A DNA stretch of 64,000 bases from Candidatus Pelethousia sp. (GCA_034928145.1 JAYFPE010000004.1:67223-131222), one strand, 5' to 3'; shown: positions 26,028-35,104, counted from the first letter of the stretch. The notes: generated from the letters alone by a model not told the origin. Translations and numbers: made by a program.

Positions 26028-27164
26028 CTAGCAGGCGGCAGTCAGGGAGGGTTCCGCCTGTGTTATCACCGCTTTCGTCTCACGCATGATGGTGCCGAGC
26101 ATGCTTATCTCGTCCGGGCAGATGAAGGTATACGCCGTTCCACACCGGTTGGCGCGGCCTGTGCGGCCAATTCTATGAACGTAACAGTCGCTGCCGTTTG
26201 GCAGATCATAGTTGATCACGATGTCGATATTGCTCACGTCGATGCCGCGCGCCGCCACATCCGTTGCCACGAGAACATCGATCTCACCCGCGCGGAACGC
26301 GGCCATGATACGCTCGCGCTTTTGCTGTTTAACATCGCCATGCAAAGCCTCGGCGCGTATCCCCTGGCGCTTAAGATCCTTACAAAGCTTATCGGCCCTG
26401 TGCTTCATATTGACAAAGACCAAGGAAAGCGTATCGCCGTTACGCTCCAACAGGGATAGCAGCGTATGCTTTTTAGCCCCATTCGCCACGGTCGTATAAA
26501 ATTGCTCCACCGTCTTTACCGTTAGCGTATCCTCTTTAATGGCGATGTGCTGTGCATCGCGCTGATAGCTTCGTGCGATCTCCATGATCTCTTTAGGCAG
26601 CGTAGCGGAGAACAGAACCGTTTGCCGCTGCTGCGGAACAGCCTTCAAGATTCGGTTCAAATCCTGCTTGAAGCCCATATCCAGCATCCTGTCGGCTTCA
26701 TCCAGAACAACGATTTGAATGCCGTCGAGCTTTGCCGTGCGGCGCTGTATATGATCCAGCAGCCTGCCCGGCGTGGCAATGATGATCTGCGGGTTGCGGC
26801 GAAGCGCCGCGAGCTGCTTTTGTATATTTTCACCGCCATAGAGCGTAGCAAGGCGTACATTCTCTTTGTATTTTGTCAGGCTTTTTACAACGCCGGATGT
26901 TTGTATCGCCAGCTCGCGGGTAGGGCTTAATATGAGAACCTGCGCATTTTTATTATTGGTATCTATAAATTCGCACACCGGGATGCCAAACGCGCAGGTT
27001 TTCCCGGTGCCTGTAGGGGCCTGCACAATAAGGTCGCGGCCCGCAAGGAAAGGCTCGATCGCCTTTGCCTGTATCGGCGTTGCCTGCTCAAACCCCATCG
27101 CGCAAATTGCCCGTTGCATGCTGGGAGAGAGTCCGTACTGATCAAAGGTTGCTTTTTCGTTCAT
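26028..27164 (-). CDS. DEAD-box ATP-dependent RNA helicase
   Basis: 378 aa with motifs AQAPTGTGKT-like (VQAPTGTGKTCAF), DEAD (VLDEADRML), SAT (LFSATLP) and HRIGRTGR. Confidence 0.95.
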   Translation of the reverse strand: MNEKATFDQYGLSPSMQRAICAMGFEQATPIQAKAIEPFLAGRDLIVQAPTGTGKTCAFGIPVCEFIDTNNKNAQVLILSPTRELAIQTSGVVKSLTKYKENVRLATLYGGENIQKQLAALRRNPQIIIATPGRLLDHIQRRTAKLDGIQIVVLDEADRMLDMGFKQDLNRILKAVPQQRQTVLFSATLPKEIMEIARSYQRDAQHIAIKEDTLTVKTVEQFYTTVANGAKKHTLLSLLERNGDTLSLVFVNMKHRADKLCKDLKRQGIRAEALHGDVKQQKRERIMAAFRAGEIDVLVATDVAARGIDVSNIDIVINYDLPNGSDCYVHRIGRTGRANRCGTAYTFICPDEISMLGTIMRETKAVITQAEPSLTAAC

Positions 27165-27188
27165 ATAATCTCCTGTGTTTGCGCGTAA

Positions 27189-27224
27189 AGAATCCGCCCG
27201 CCTGTTTCCAGATGGGCGGATTCT
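27189..27224 (-). terminator. hairpin between csp and the helicase gene
   Basis: Perfect 11-bp stem AGAATCCGCCC / GGGCGGATTCT, followed on the minus strand by a short T-rich stretch (CTTTAC). Confidence 0.5.
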
Positions 27225-27236
27225 CTTAACATCAAT

Positions 27237-27452
27237 TTAGGCAGTCCGTACGTTTACCGCGCGGAATTTGCTGCTGTTTTTCGGATCCGCCTCGATATCG
27301 AACGTAACAGCCTGGCCCTCTTGCAGGGTTCTATAACCGCTATCGGAAACAATGGCGGAAAAATGTACGAATACATCCTCTCCGCCCGCGTCATTGGAGA
27401 TAAAGCCAAAGCCCTTTTCCGTGTTGAACCATTTTACCGTACCGCTATGCAT
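27237..27452 (-). CDS. cold-shock protein (CspA family)
   Basis: Internal ATG giving [34 protein letters not shown] (71 aa). GGAGG is present upstream. Confidence 0.95.
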   Translation of the reverse strand: MHSGTVKWFNTEKGFGFISNDAGGEDVFVHFSAIVSDSGYRTLQEGQAVTFDIEADPKNSSKFRAVNVRTA

Positions 27453-27649
27453 GGTGGTACCTCCTAGATAAATATTACATCCGAAAGAATAGAGAAACCT
27501 CGTATTTCTGTAAACCATAAACATCGATTTACACAAATACGAGGTCTATCAATCACTTTAGAACATTCTTAATCTACCATACAATCCTATTCTAGTCAAG
27601 CAGATTTGAAAAAGACACGACTGGAAGCCGTGCCTTATCCGTAAACGTA

Positions 27650-27658
27650 TTATAGCAA
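27650..27658 (-). promoter_or_regulatory. extended -10 promoter candidate for csp, implying a ~190-nt 5' UTR
   Basis: The minus strand reads TGCTATAAT (TGn plus TATAAT). No good -35 element is present. A long leader is typical of cold-shock mRNAs. Confidence 0.4.
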
Positions 27659-27723
27659 ATGAAACGCAACGATATGATGCGATGGGGGAGTGGATCCGCC
27701 ATTGCGCTTCCGTATCATGCCGA

Positions 27724-28947
27724 TTATTGTTCAAACTCCTGCCGGCGCGCGCGTTCGCGCTGCGCCCTGCGCTTCGCGGCCCGCTCTTTACGGCGCTTCT
27801 CCTCCGCCGCGCGGACTGCAAGGAGTACGATAAGCAGGATAAGGAGCAGCGCGCCTGCGCCGCATATGGCGTAAAACAGCGTTGCGTTCACGCTGATTAC
27901 ACCCGACTCCGCGGGCTCTACGGACTGCTGCGGCGCGGGCGCGGGCGTTTCTACAGACTCCTCGGGCGGCAGCGTGGGCTGCACGGGCCGCGCGGGCATC
28001 ACCGCATAGCGCTGGAGGGATTGATCGGATGGGTTATAAGCATAATACCCCACCTCGCCATTGGCATTGCGCGCGTATAGAAGGTAGATATCGCCCTGCG
28101 CATCCTGCGCCTTCCACGCGGTATAATCCTTTTCGTCTATGGTCAGCGTAGTTTCCGCAAAGCCGTCGGGAAGCGGCACGCTGCCGTCGGGTTGCAGGAG
28201 GATATACGTTTTTGAAACGGAGGATACCGTTTTATAGGGGTAGAGCGTATCCGCTTGCGCGTTAAAGATATAATAGCCGCCTACGTCGCCCGAAGCGTTG
28301 GATAAGTAGAAGAGCGTGGGCGCGTCGCTATCGGCTACGATGGCTGCGGCCACCGTTTGATCGTGGTAGGTATATTCCGTCTCCTCATAGTTCGCGGGCA
28401 GCGTCACGTTTTCGAGCGTGCGCCAGATATATAGGCTCTCCGCCGCGCCCTCCACATTTTGCGCCGGAACGCCCTCTTTCGCGTAGTCGATGGGTGGCGG
28501 TGTAGGCGTTGCGGGCGCTGCGGCGACCGTTATATTCACGCTCGCGCTCGCGGCGCCTTCTTCCTTGCCGTCATAGCCCAGCACCTTTTCCAGATTGAAT
28601 TTGACCTCCGCCGTACCTGCCGCCACGGCCGTGAATGTTACACGTGCCGTTAGCGCGTCGGTTCCGCCTTTTTGGGCGGAAGCCATGCTCAAAAAGCCGT
28701 CGGAAGCGCCGCCCGCGCTTTCGGCGTAAGCGAGAAGCGCCGGGTCGTAGGTGAAAATGCCCTCCGCGACGGACATCCCCTTACCGCTCACGGTCACGGT
28801 GATCTCCACCGTATCACCCGCCTGTACGCTCGTTTTGTCCGCTGCGGCGCTTAGGCGCACATCGGCGAGTGCGGATGCCGGCGCGAGAAGCAGAAGCGCC
28901 ACGAGAAGGAACGCGGCCGCCCTTTTATATGCCAAAAAGCCTTTCAT
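27724..28947 (-). CDS. membrane-anchored cohesin-domain protein
   Basis: 407 aa. Signal peptide (LLVALLLLAPASALA), then a cohesin-like module (VRLSAAADKTSVQAGDTVEITVTVSG...GIFTYDPALL...VTFTAVAAGTAEVKF). A Pro/Thr linker leads to a middle domain with an internal duplication (GDVGGYYIFNAQADTLYPY / GEVGYYAYNPSDQSLQRY). The C-terminus has a TM segment and an Arg/Lys/Glu-rich tail. Confidence 0.7.
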   Translation of the reverse strand: MKGFLAYKRAAAFLLVALLLLAPASALADVRLSAAADKTSVQAGDTVEITVTVSGKGMSVAEGIFTYDPALLAYAESAGGASDGFLSMASAQKGGTDALTARVTFTAVAAGTAEVKFNLEKVLGYDGKEEGAASASVNITVAAAPATPTPPPIDYAKEGVPAQNVEGAAESLYIWRTLENVTLPANYEETEYTYHDQTVAAAIVADSDAPTLFYLSNASGDVGGYYIFNAQADTLYPYKTVSSVSKTYILLQPDGSVPLPDGFAETTLTIDEKDYTAWKAQDAQGDIYLLYARNANGEVGYYAYNPSDQSLQRYAVMPARPVQPTLPPEESVETPAPAPQQSVEPAESGVISVNATLFYAICGAGALLLILLIVLLAVRAAEEKRRKERAAKRRAQRERARRQEFEQ

Positions 28948-28961
28948 ACCTCAATACCCCC

Positions 28962-30701
28962 TTAAGCTATCTTTGCATCGCCGTTGATAAAGCGAATGAG
29001 TAGGAGCATGTCGTTTGCGTCCACCGCACCGTTGCGATCGACATCCGCCGCACGCAAGCGCGCGCCCGTAAGGAGCGTGCCGTGCGCGAGGTGGCCGCCA
29101 AGCGCCCCTACGTCCGCGTCGCCTATTTTGCCATCGCCGTCGAGATCGCCGAAGATCACAACGGGCAGGTCAAAGAACTTCTTTCCCTCGCCGTAGGTAA
29201 TGCGCACGAATTGGCCTGTGCATACATCCCCATCCACAGGGTTCCCCTTGGCGCTGACGAGGCTCAGGCTGCCCTCGGAGGAAAGCTTTTTCAAAAACGC
29301 TTCGCCCGAGGTGCCGGCCGAAACGCCGCTTACGCCCCAGGCGCGCACCTTATAGGCGTCGCTTTCCACCTTGGGCGCGGTGTCGTAATCGCCGATGGCG
29401 ATGAGCTCGGTGTTCGCATAATAGAAAGAAAGGATATCCGCATACGGCTGGCCCGCACGCGCGCGCTCCTGCGCGCCGCGCTGCGAAAGGCCCACACCGT
29501 GGCCGTAGCGCCGCTCCGTGAGGAAGAAGCCCGCGTATTCCACGCCGCCGCTGCGGCAAACGCCCGCCTCCGCGCCGCGCATCCGCAGCCGCGTCTTTTT
29601 TGCGGTGAGGCTGCCGGTTTGGCGTTGGAAGCTGCCAAAGCGCAGATCCTCGAGCGCAAGCGTTACCGTCACCTGCCCGCTCTTTTGCGTGCCGCTTTCT
29701 TCATACCCCACCACGAGCGTCACATCCGCCTCGGTATAGCAGCGGCTCGGCGCGTCGTATGTTGGGTTCTTCGGCGTGACCGCCACCGTTTCGAGCAAGA
29801 TCACAGCCCGCCCCGCCGCGCTGTAAGCCGCGCTTTCGAGCGCAAGAAGCACGCCCGCATCCATAAGCTTGCGGGTTTCGCCGCTAAACTTCGCCGGGAT
29901 GAAGGACCGCTCCTCGATGCTCGAGGCGTTCAAAAGGTCATACGGGTCATCAGCGTTGATGTAGTAAGGATAATCATTGGACCAAACATTGCCCGTTCGC
30001 TCGGTTTGCCCGCCATTGGAGGCGGAGTAGAATGATTCGATAATATCCCCCGCGTTGGTGAGCACCTGCCCGGCCGTAGCGTCCACCGCGGCGATGGCGC
30101 GGGCGTTTTTGCTGCTGTAACCGCGGTATACCTGATCCTCCGAGGTGTCCAAAAGATCATAGGCGCGCGTGAGGTATTTGGAAGCCCGCGCAGCGGCGTA
30201 GCCGCGCGCGCACACTGCCTGCGCCTTGAGCGCATCGATGGGGAAAAGGTTGCTCATCTCGTGCGGCACCACGCCGTAGAGATAGTGTTCGATGGGCAGC
30301 GTGTTGATGGCGCGTATCGAGCCCTCATACACATCGAAGGTCATGTTGCCTAAATAGGTGCAGGTGCCGTAGGAGGCGTGTTTGAGGCGGATGTAATCCG
30401 CTTTCCCGCCATAATCGCCGCTCAAAAGCGTAATGGAGGCTGCGGTTATGGTTTTGCCGCCCACCGTGAGGGACACGCGCCCCCCCACCGTTTTCACGGT
30501 AAGCTCATCGGTTCCCACTTCCAGGTCTTTTTGCCCTTCCACGGTGAATTTGCCCACGGGCGTGAATGAAAACTCCTTTTGCTTGCCAATTGAGATGCGC
30601 ACGCGCACATCCGAGCAGAACACCGCCGCGCGCGCGGGCACGGCGGCGCATACGATGATCAGCGCAAGGCTCAGCATAAGCACGGTCCTTACTTTGCGCA
30701 T
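28962..30701 (-). CDS. SpoIID/LytB-domain peptidoglycan enzyme with a C-terminal type-I dockerin
   Basis: Start at the internal ATG at 30701 (GGGAGG 6 nt upstream), giving the signal peptide MRKVRTVLMLSLALIIVCAAVPARA. The SpoIID core is IEHYLYGVVPHEMSNLFPIDALKAQAVCARGYA...SASNGGQTE. The C-terminus has two Ca-binding dockerin repeats, GDLDGDGKIGDADV and ADVDRNGAVDANDM. Confidence 0.85.
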   Translation of the reverse strand: MRKVRTVLMLSLALIIVCAAVPARAAVFCSDVRVRISIGKQKEFSFTPVGKFTVEGQKDLEVGTDELTVKTVGGRVSLTVGGKTITAASITLLSGDYGGKADYIRLKHASYGTCTYLGNMTFDVYEGSIRAINTLPIEHYLYGVVPHEMSNLFPIDALKAQAVCARGYAAARASKYLTRAYDLLDTSEDQVYRGYSSKNARAIAAVDATAGQVLTNAGDIIESFYSASNGGQTERTGNVWSNDYPYYINADDPYDLLNASSIEERSFIPAKFSGETRKLMDAGVLLALESAAYSAAGRAVILLETVAVTPKNPTYDAPSRCYTEADVTLVVGYEESGTQKSGQVTVTLALEDLRFGSFQRQTGSLTAKKTRLRMRGAEAGVCRSGGVEYAGFFLTERRYGHGVGLSQRGAQERARAGQPYADILSFYYANTELIAIGDYDTAPKVESDAYKVRAWGVSGVSAGTSGEAFLKKLSSEGSLSLVSAKGNPVDGDVCTGQFVRITYGEGKKFFDLPVVIFGDLDGDGKIGDADVGALGGHLAHGTLLTGARLRAADVDRNGAVDANDMLLLIRFINGDAKIA

Positions 30702-31040
30702 GATATGCCTCCCATTCTTTCGTATTCGGGGCGTTTCTACAACTGTCTTATTTATATTACCTTTTTTCACTGGCAAAGGTCAACGGCGCCACCCCCCACA
30801 AAGGCCGTTTTCAGGCGCTTGTTCTATGAACTTTTGATGAATTCGATTTTATACAATCTGTTCGCTTTGCGGGATAATGGCGTTTGTGAAAATGGAATTG
30901 CCTTCACAATGGATCTCATGTCGCCTCGGTCCTCAAACGATCCGCTCGAAGCAACTCTTTATATCAATCATATTCTTTATCAAAATTCGACTAAAATAAA
31001 CTGAAATAGCCGGAAAACACCACAATACTCTATAATTCCT

Positions 31041-31066
31041 TAACTTTTCTCGGGGAATCCCGATAT
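31041..31066 (+). promoter_or_regulatory. candidate sigma-D type promoter upstream of the chemoreceptor gene
   Basis: TAAC, a 14-nt spacer, then cCCGATAT (31059-31066). The -10 element is near-consensus but the -35 element and spacing are weaker. It lies ~36 nt upstream of the ATG. Confidence 0.4.
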
Positions 31067-31101
31067 AAGGTACAAAGAAAACTCGGGGGTAATGATTTTT
31101 T

Positions 31102-32814
31102 ATGAAGAGCATTAGGACCAAACTGATTCTTAGCATCTCGATCCTGCTTTTCGTTTCGCTGGCGGCGGTCGTCTTCATTGGACTGCTCAAGAGTTACCAG
31201 GTTAATAATGAGATCACCCAGGTACAATATGAGAATCAATTGAGCGGCGCCAACAACATGCTCAAGGTTTATCTTACCGAGCAGTTTGGTTCATTAACGA
31301 TGAAAGAGGAGGGCATATTGCGCGGCGAGGATGGCCAGGCCATCGACGGGCAATATGAATATCTCGACCGGCTTAGTGAAAACATGGGCGTGGTGGCGAC
31401 CGTGTTTGCCCGCGATGGCAGCAATTTTGTGCGCGCCATCACCAGCGTCAAGGATGCGCAGGACCAGCGGATCATCGGCACGGAGCTGGATACGAGCGGG
31501 CCGGCCTATGCGGCAATCTCGGGAGGCAACAGCTATTATGGCGAGGCCGCCATCATGGGCGCGCAATATATGGCAGCCTATACCCCTATCTATGATGCAA
31601 ACAATCAGGCCATCGGTATTTATTTCGTAGGCGTGCCCATGGAGGAGGTCAATAACGTTCTGAGCACAGGCATGGCCTCTACCATCCGCTCCGTGTTCCT
31701 GCTTTCCGCGGGCGTGTTGGCCCTGGCCATCCTTTTTACGTATTTTATCAGCGGCAGCATCGCCAGGCCCATCCAGACGGTCACGGGTGTGGCGCAGAAG
31801 ATTGCTCAGGGGCAGTTCGACGTGTCTCTCTCGGTAAAATCTAAAGACGAGATCGGCAGGCTGGCCAAGGCTTTCAACCTGACGATCGACCAGCTGGTAA
31901 ACTACCAGGGCTATATAGACGAGATCTCCGACGTTCTGCAACGGGTCTCGCAGGGGGATTTGCAGGCGGAGCTGCGGCGGGAATATGCCGGGCAGTTTAA
32001 AAAGATTAAGGATCACATGGAGGCGCTGCTGCGCAACCTTAACGCCACCCTGTTGCAGATTGGTCAATCCGCGGCCCAGGTGGACGGCGGGGCCGGGCAG
32101 ATCGCGCAGAGCGCGCAGGCCCTCTCCCAAGGCGCCACCGAGCAGGCTAGCTCCTTGGAGGAACTGTTCGCTTCCATTGCGGAGATCGCGCAGCAGGTCA
32201 AGCAAAACGCGGAAAACGCCAAATCCGCGCATGACCGGGCGGAGCAGGCGGGGCAGGAGTTGCAATCGAGCGCCGGCCAGATGCAGGGCATGATCGAGGC
32301 TATGCACAACATCACGCTCAAATCGGCGGAAATCCGCAAGGTCAATAAGATCATTGAGGATATTGCCTTCCAAACGAACATCCTCGCGCTCAACGCGGCC
32401 GTGGAAGCCGCCCGTGCAGGCCAATCCGGCAAGGGCTTCGCCGTTGTGGCGGATGAAGTGCGTACGCTGGCGGCCAAATCCGCAGAGGCGGCCAAGAATA
32501 CCACCCTGCTGATCGGTGAAACCATCGAGGCCGTGGAAAGCGGCTCCGCAATCGCCAACGCCACCGCGCAATCCCTGCGCGAGGCCACCGGTAGCGCCGC
32601 CGAAGCTGTATTCCTAATGGATAAGATCGCGCAGGCCTCCCAGGGCCAGGCGCAGGCGATCGGCCAGATCGACCAAGGCCTGGCGCAGGTTTCAGATGTG
32701 GTGCAAACCAACGCGGCCACAGCCGAGGAAAGCGCGGCTGCGAGCGAGCAACTGTCCGGCCAATCCAACATGCTGGCGGAGCTGATCCGCCAATTCAACC
32801 TCAAGGAGATCTAG
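31102..32814 (+). CDS. methyl-accepting chemotaxis protein (Cache-type sensor, HAMP, MA domain)
   Basis: 570 aa with two TM segments flanking a ~170-aa extracellular domain. The signalling hairpin motif is [39 protein letters not shown]. Confidence 0.95.
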   Translation: MKSIRTKLILSISILLFVSLAAVVFIGLLKSYQVNNEITQVQYENQLSGANNMLKVYLTEQFGSLTMKEEGILRGEDGQAIDGQYEYLDRLSENMGVVATVFARDGSNFVRAITSVKDAQDQRIIGTELDTSGPAYAAISGGNSYYGEAAIMGAQYMAAYTPIYDANNQAIGIYFVGVPMEEVNNVLSTGMASTIRSVFLLSAGVLALAILFTYFISGSIARPIQTVTGVAQKIAQGQFDVSLSVKSKDEIGRLAKAFNLTIDQLVNYQGYIDEISDVLQRVSQGDLQAELRREYAGQFKKIKDHMEALLRNLNATLLQIGQSAAQVDGGAGQIAQSAQALSQGATEQASSLEELFASIAEIAQQVKQNAENAKSAHDRAEQAGQELQSSAGQMQGMIEAMHNITLKSAEIRKVNKIIEDIAFQTNILALNAAVEAARAGQSGKGFAVVADEVRTLAAKSAEAAKNTTLLIGETIEAVESGSAIANATAQSLREATGSAAEAVFLMDKIAQASQGQAQAIGQIDQGLAQVSDVVQTNAATAEESAAASEQLSGQSNMLAELIRQFNLKEI

Positions 32815-32835
32815 CGCGTCACCGCAAATCGTCGG

Positions 32836-32887
32836 GGCCGGGATATGGAACGAAAAAGCTTCGGTTCCAGATCCCGGCCTAGTTTTA
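32836..32887 (+). terminator. rho-independent terminator after the chemoreceptor gene
   Basis: Long imperfect hairpin GGCCGGGATATGGAACGAA-aaagc-TTCGGTTCCAGATCCCGGCC, followed by TAGTTTTAT. Confidence 0.7.
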
Positions 32888-32919
32888 TGCCGTCGCCACC
32901 CTCCGCGGGGTTTTACACG

Positions 32920-32971
32920 GGCGGTCCTGCGGTGGACGGCGGTCCTACGCGAACGGCGGTCCTACGCGGAT
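32920..32971. repeat. three tandem 17-18-nt direct repeats in non-coding DNA
   Basis: ggcggtcctgcggtggac / ggcggtcctacgcgaac / ggcggtcctacgcggat, followed by a partial inverted ggcgggacc. Confidence 0.8.
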
Positions 32972-33454
32972 GGCGGGACCGGGGCCAGCCGTTTGTGATG
33001 ATTGTTAGGGGAGAAGGCCGTTTGTTTTCTTGAGCAGGTGCCGGTTCGCCTTTTTGGCGGCAAAGGGGGAGGCCCTTGGGCCTTTCCGCATGATGACGCA
33101 AAAAGAAATAGGAGGGGTGACGTGGATGCGGGAGCATCCGGGCGATGGGACACAGGACACTGCCGGGAGACCGAATCGCGAACGGCGGGAGAGGAAACGC
33201 GAATATATGATGTAGCGCCGCCCTCGTTCAATGCGGGCGGTGGGGGAGGGCATCCCGGCCTATGGGGATTATGTAGAAACCATGATCCACAGGCAATACT
33301 TCGTTCTTGCGTGCGAATGTAGTTCGTCCCTGCGGCGTATTTATAAACGCGACTACCAGTACAATTTTTATGAATCAACGAGAAGGAAGCCACCCCGCGC
33401 ACACCTCTCGCCCGGGGACACAGAACAAAGTGCTAGAAAAATGGAAAATAGCTA

Positions 33455-33483
33455 TTGACAACCGAAAATAGAAAGAGTATGCT
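33455..33483 (+). promoter_or_regulatory. sigma-A type promoter for the sugar operon leader
   Basis: TTGACA (33455-33460), a 17-nt spacer, then TATGCT (33478-33483). The implied leader is ~345 nt. Confidence 0.55.
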
Positions 33484-33496
33484 TAGCACATAAAAT

Positions 33497-33508
33497 GTGC
33501 CCGGGCAC
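33497..33508. promoter_or_regulatory. perfect palindrome GTGCCCGGGCAC (copy 1), candidate operator
   Basis: Reads tGTGCCCGGGCACg, about 14 nt downstream of the -10 element. Its dyad has a central CG. Confidence 0.45.
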
Positions 33509-33745
33509 GGACTCTGGGTGAAAGCATCTGTTGATAAGCATCCAATATCTGATGCAGTCGGAAATCCCTTAATTGTATTGTTTTAAAAATATCAAGCAGT
33601 TCATTGCGCGAAATGGAAGGATCGCAGGAATCTGTACACAAGCGAATCGGTTTTTTACGAATGGAGCGGGTTGCGGGTCCTTTTGCATAGGTTTATGCAC
33701 AACCGCGCGCTTGGTTAACGGATTTCTCTTTTTTTAAGCAAATTA

Positions 33746-33759
33746 CGTGCCCGGGCACG
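33746..33759. promoter_or_regulatory. perfect 14-bp palindrome CGTGCCCGGGCACG (copy 2), candidate operator
   Basis: The same 13-nt core as copy 1, 249 bp downstream, in otherwise AT-rich leader DNA. Confidence 0.45.
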
Positions 33760-33790
33760 AACGATTCTCACAAAAAGCTGATTCTAAACT

Positions 33791-33807
33791 TGTGCAGCGC
33801 ATGCACA
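33791..33807. promoter_or_regulatory. inverted repeat TGTGCA-n5-TGCACA just upstream of the RBS
   Basis: TGTGCAgcgcaTGCACA with 6-bp arms. It shares a TGTGC half-site with the palindromes at 33497 and 33746. Confidence 0.35.
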
Positions 33808-33835
33808 GGAAATATAATGAATGGAGTGGAAAACG

Positions 33836-34981
33836 ATGAAAAAACTGTTTACTACTATGCTGGCGATCGTGATGATGCTGGCGATGGTCGCTTGTGCGGC
33901 GCAGCCTGCTGTGCAGGAAGCCCCCGCTGCTGAGGCCCCTGCGGCTGCTCCGGCCCCCGCTGCTGAAGCGCCCGCGGCTGCTGAAACGGTAAAAGTAGGC
34001 GTATCCATGCCCACCCAAAGCCTCCAGCGCTGGAATCAGGATGGCTCCAACATGAAGCTCCAACTCGAGGCTGCCGGCTATGAAGTCGATCTGCAGTACG
34101 CAGGCGATAACGACATCCCCACCCAGGTCAGCCAGATCGAAAACATGATCACCGGCGGCTGCAAGGTTCTGGTCATCGCCGCCATTGACGGCTCCGCACT
34201 CACCGAGGTGCTCAAGGAGGCCAAGTCCAACAACATCCCCGTCATCGCCTATGACCGCCTCATCATGAACAGCGACGCCGTATCCTACTACGCCACCTTC
34301 GATAACTTCAAGGTCGGCACCATTCAAGGCACATATATTAAGGATAAGCTGGATCTCGACAACGCGGCCGGCCCCTTCAACATCGAGCTGTTCACCGGCT
34401 CCCCGGATGACAACAACGTTAACTTCTTCTTCGGCGGCGCCATGAGCATCCTCCAGCCCTACATCGACAGCGGCAAGCTGGTCGTCAAATCCGGCCAGAC
34501 TGAAAAGGCCCAGTGCGCCACGGCCAACTGGTCCACCGAAGAATCCCAGAAGCGGATGGAGAACCTGATCACCTCCATGGGCTATGGCCCCGAGGGCACC
34601 AAGCTGGATGCCGTCCTTTCCTCCAACGACTCCGTGGCCAACGGCATTACCAACGCGTTGGTGGCGGCCGGCTACACTGCCGAGAACTTCCCCATCCTCA
34701 CAGGCCAGGATTGCGATAAGCCCGCCATGAAGAACATCCTCGCAGGCACGCAGAGCATGTCTATCTTCAAGGATACCCGTACGTTGGCGAGCCAGGTCGT
34801 GAGCATGGTGAACGCCATCCTCAGCGGCAATAAGCCCGAGATCAACGACACCGAGACCTACGACAACGGCACGGGCATCATCCCCTCCTTCCTCTGCGAC
34901 CCCGTGTTCGCCGATGCCAGCAATTACAAAGAGCTGTTGATCGAGAGCGGCTACTATACCGAGGCGGATCTTGCATCCTAA
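33836..34981 (+). CDS. monosaccharide ABC transporter substrate-binding lipoprotein (CUT2, ChvE/XylF-like)
   Basis: Start at the ATG at 33836 (GGAG upstream). There is a lipobox (LAMVAC) and an Ala/Pro linker. The periplasmic-binding-protein type I core begins VKVGVSMPTQSLQRWNQDG. Confidence 0.85.
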   Translation: MKKLFTTMLAIVMMLAMVACAAQPAVQEAPAAEAPAAAPAPAAEAPAAAETVKVGVSMPTQSLQRWNQDGSNMKLQLEAAGYEVDLQYAGDNDIPTQVSQIENMITGGCKVLVIAAIDGSALTEVLKEAKSNNIPVIAYDRLIMNSDAVSYYATFDNFKVGTIQGTYIKDKLDLDNAAGPFNIELFTGSPDDNNVNFFFGGAMSILQPYIDSGKLVVKSGQTEKAQCATANWSTEESQKRMENLITSMGYGPEGTKLDAVLSSNDSVANGITNALVAAGYTAENFPILTGQDCDKPAMKNILAGTQSMSIFKDTRTLASQVVSMVNAILSGNKPEINDTETYDNGTGIIPSFLCDPVFADASNYKELLIESGYYTEADLAS

Positions 34982-35104
34982 CCTAGGTACGCACAATGCC
35001 GGTATCCGGCCGGCAATCGGGTAAACGCCCCCGCAGGCGGACGGTGGAAGCCGCCCGCCTGCGTCCTGTTTGAATCTATATCTAGAGCAAATGGAGGGAT
35101 CTCT

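Noticed and set aside
32962-33402. A 146-aa minus-strand ORF and overlapping plus-strand ORFs (32845-33458) in the large intergenic region.
   Set aside because: They are mutually overlapping on both strands, Pro/Arg/Gly-rich, without RBS or recognisable domains. I treated them as non-coding and report the region as a finding instead.
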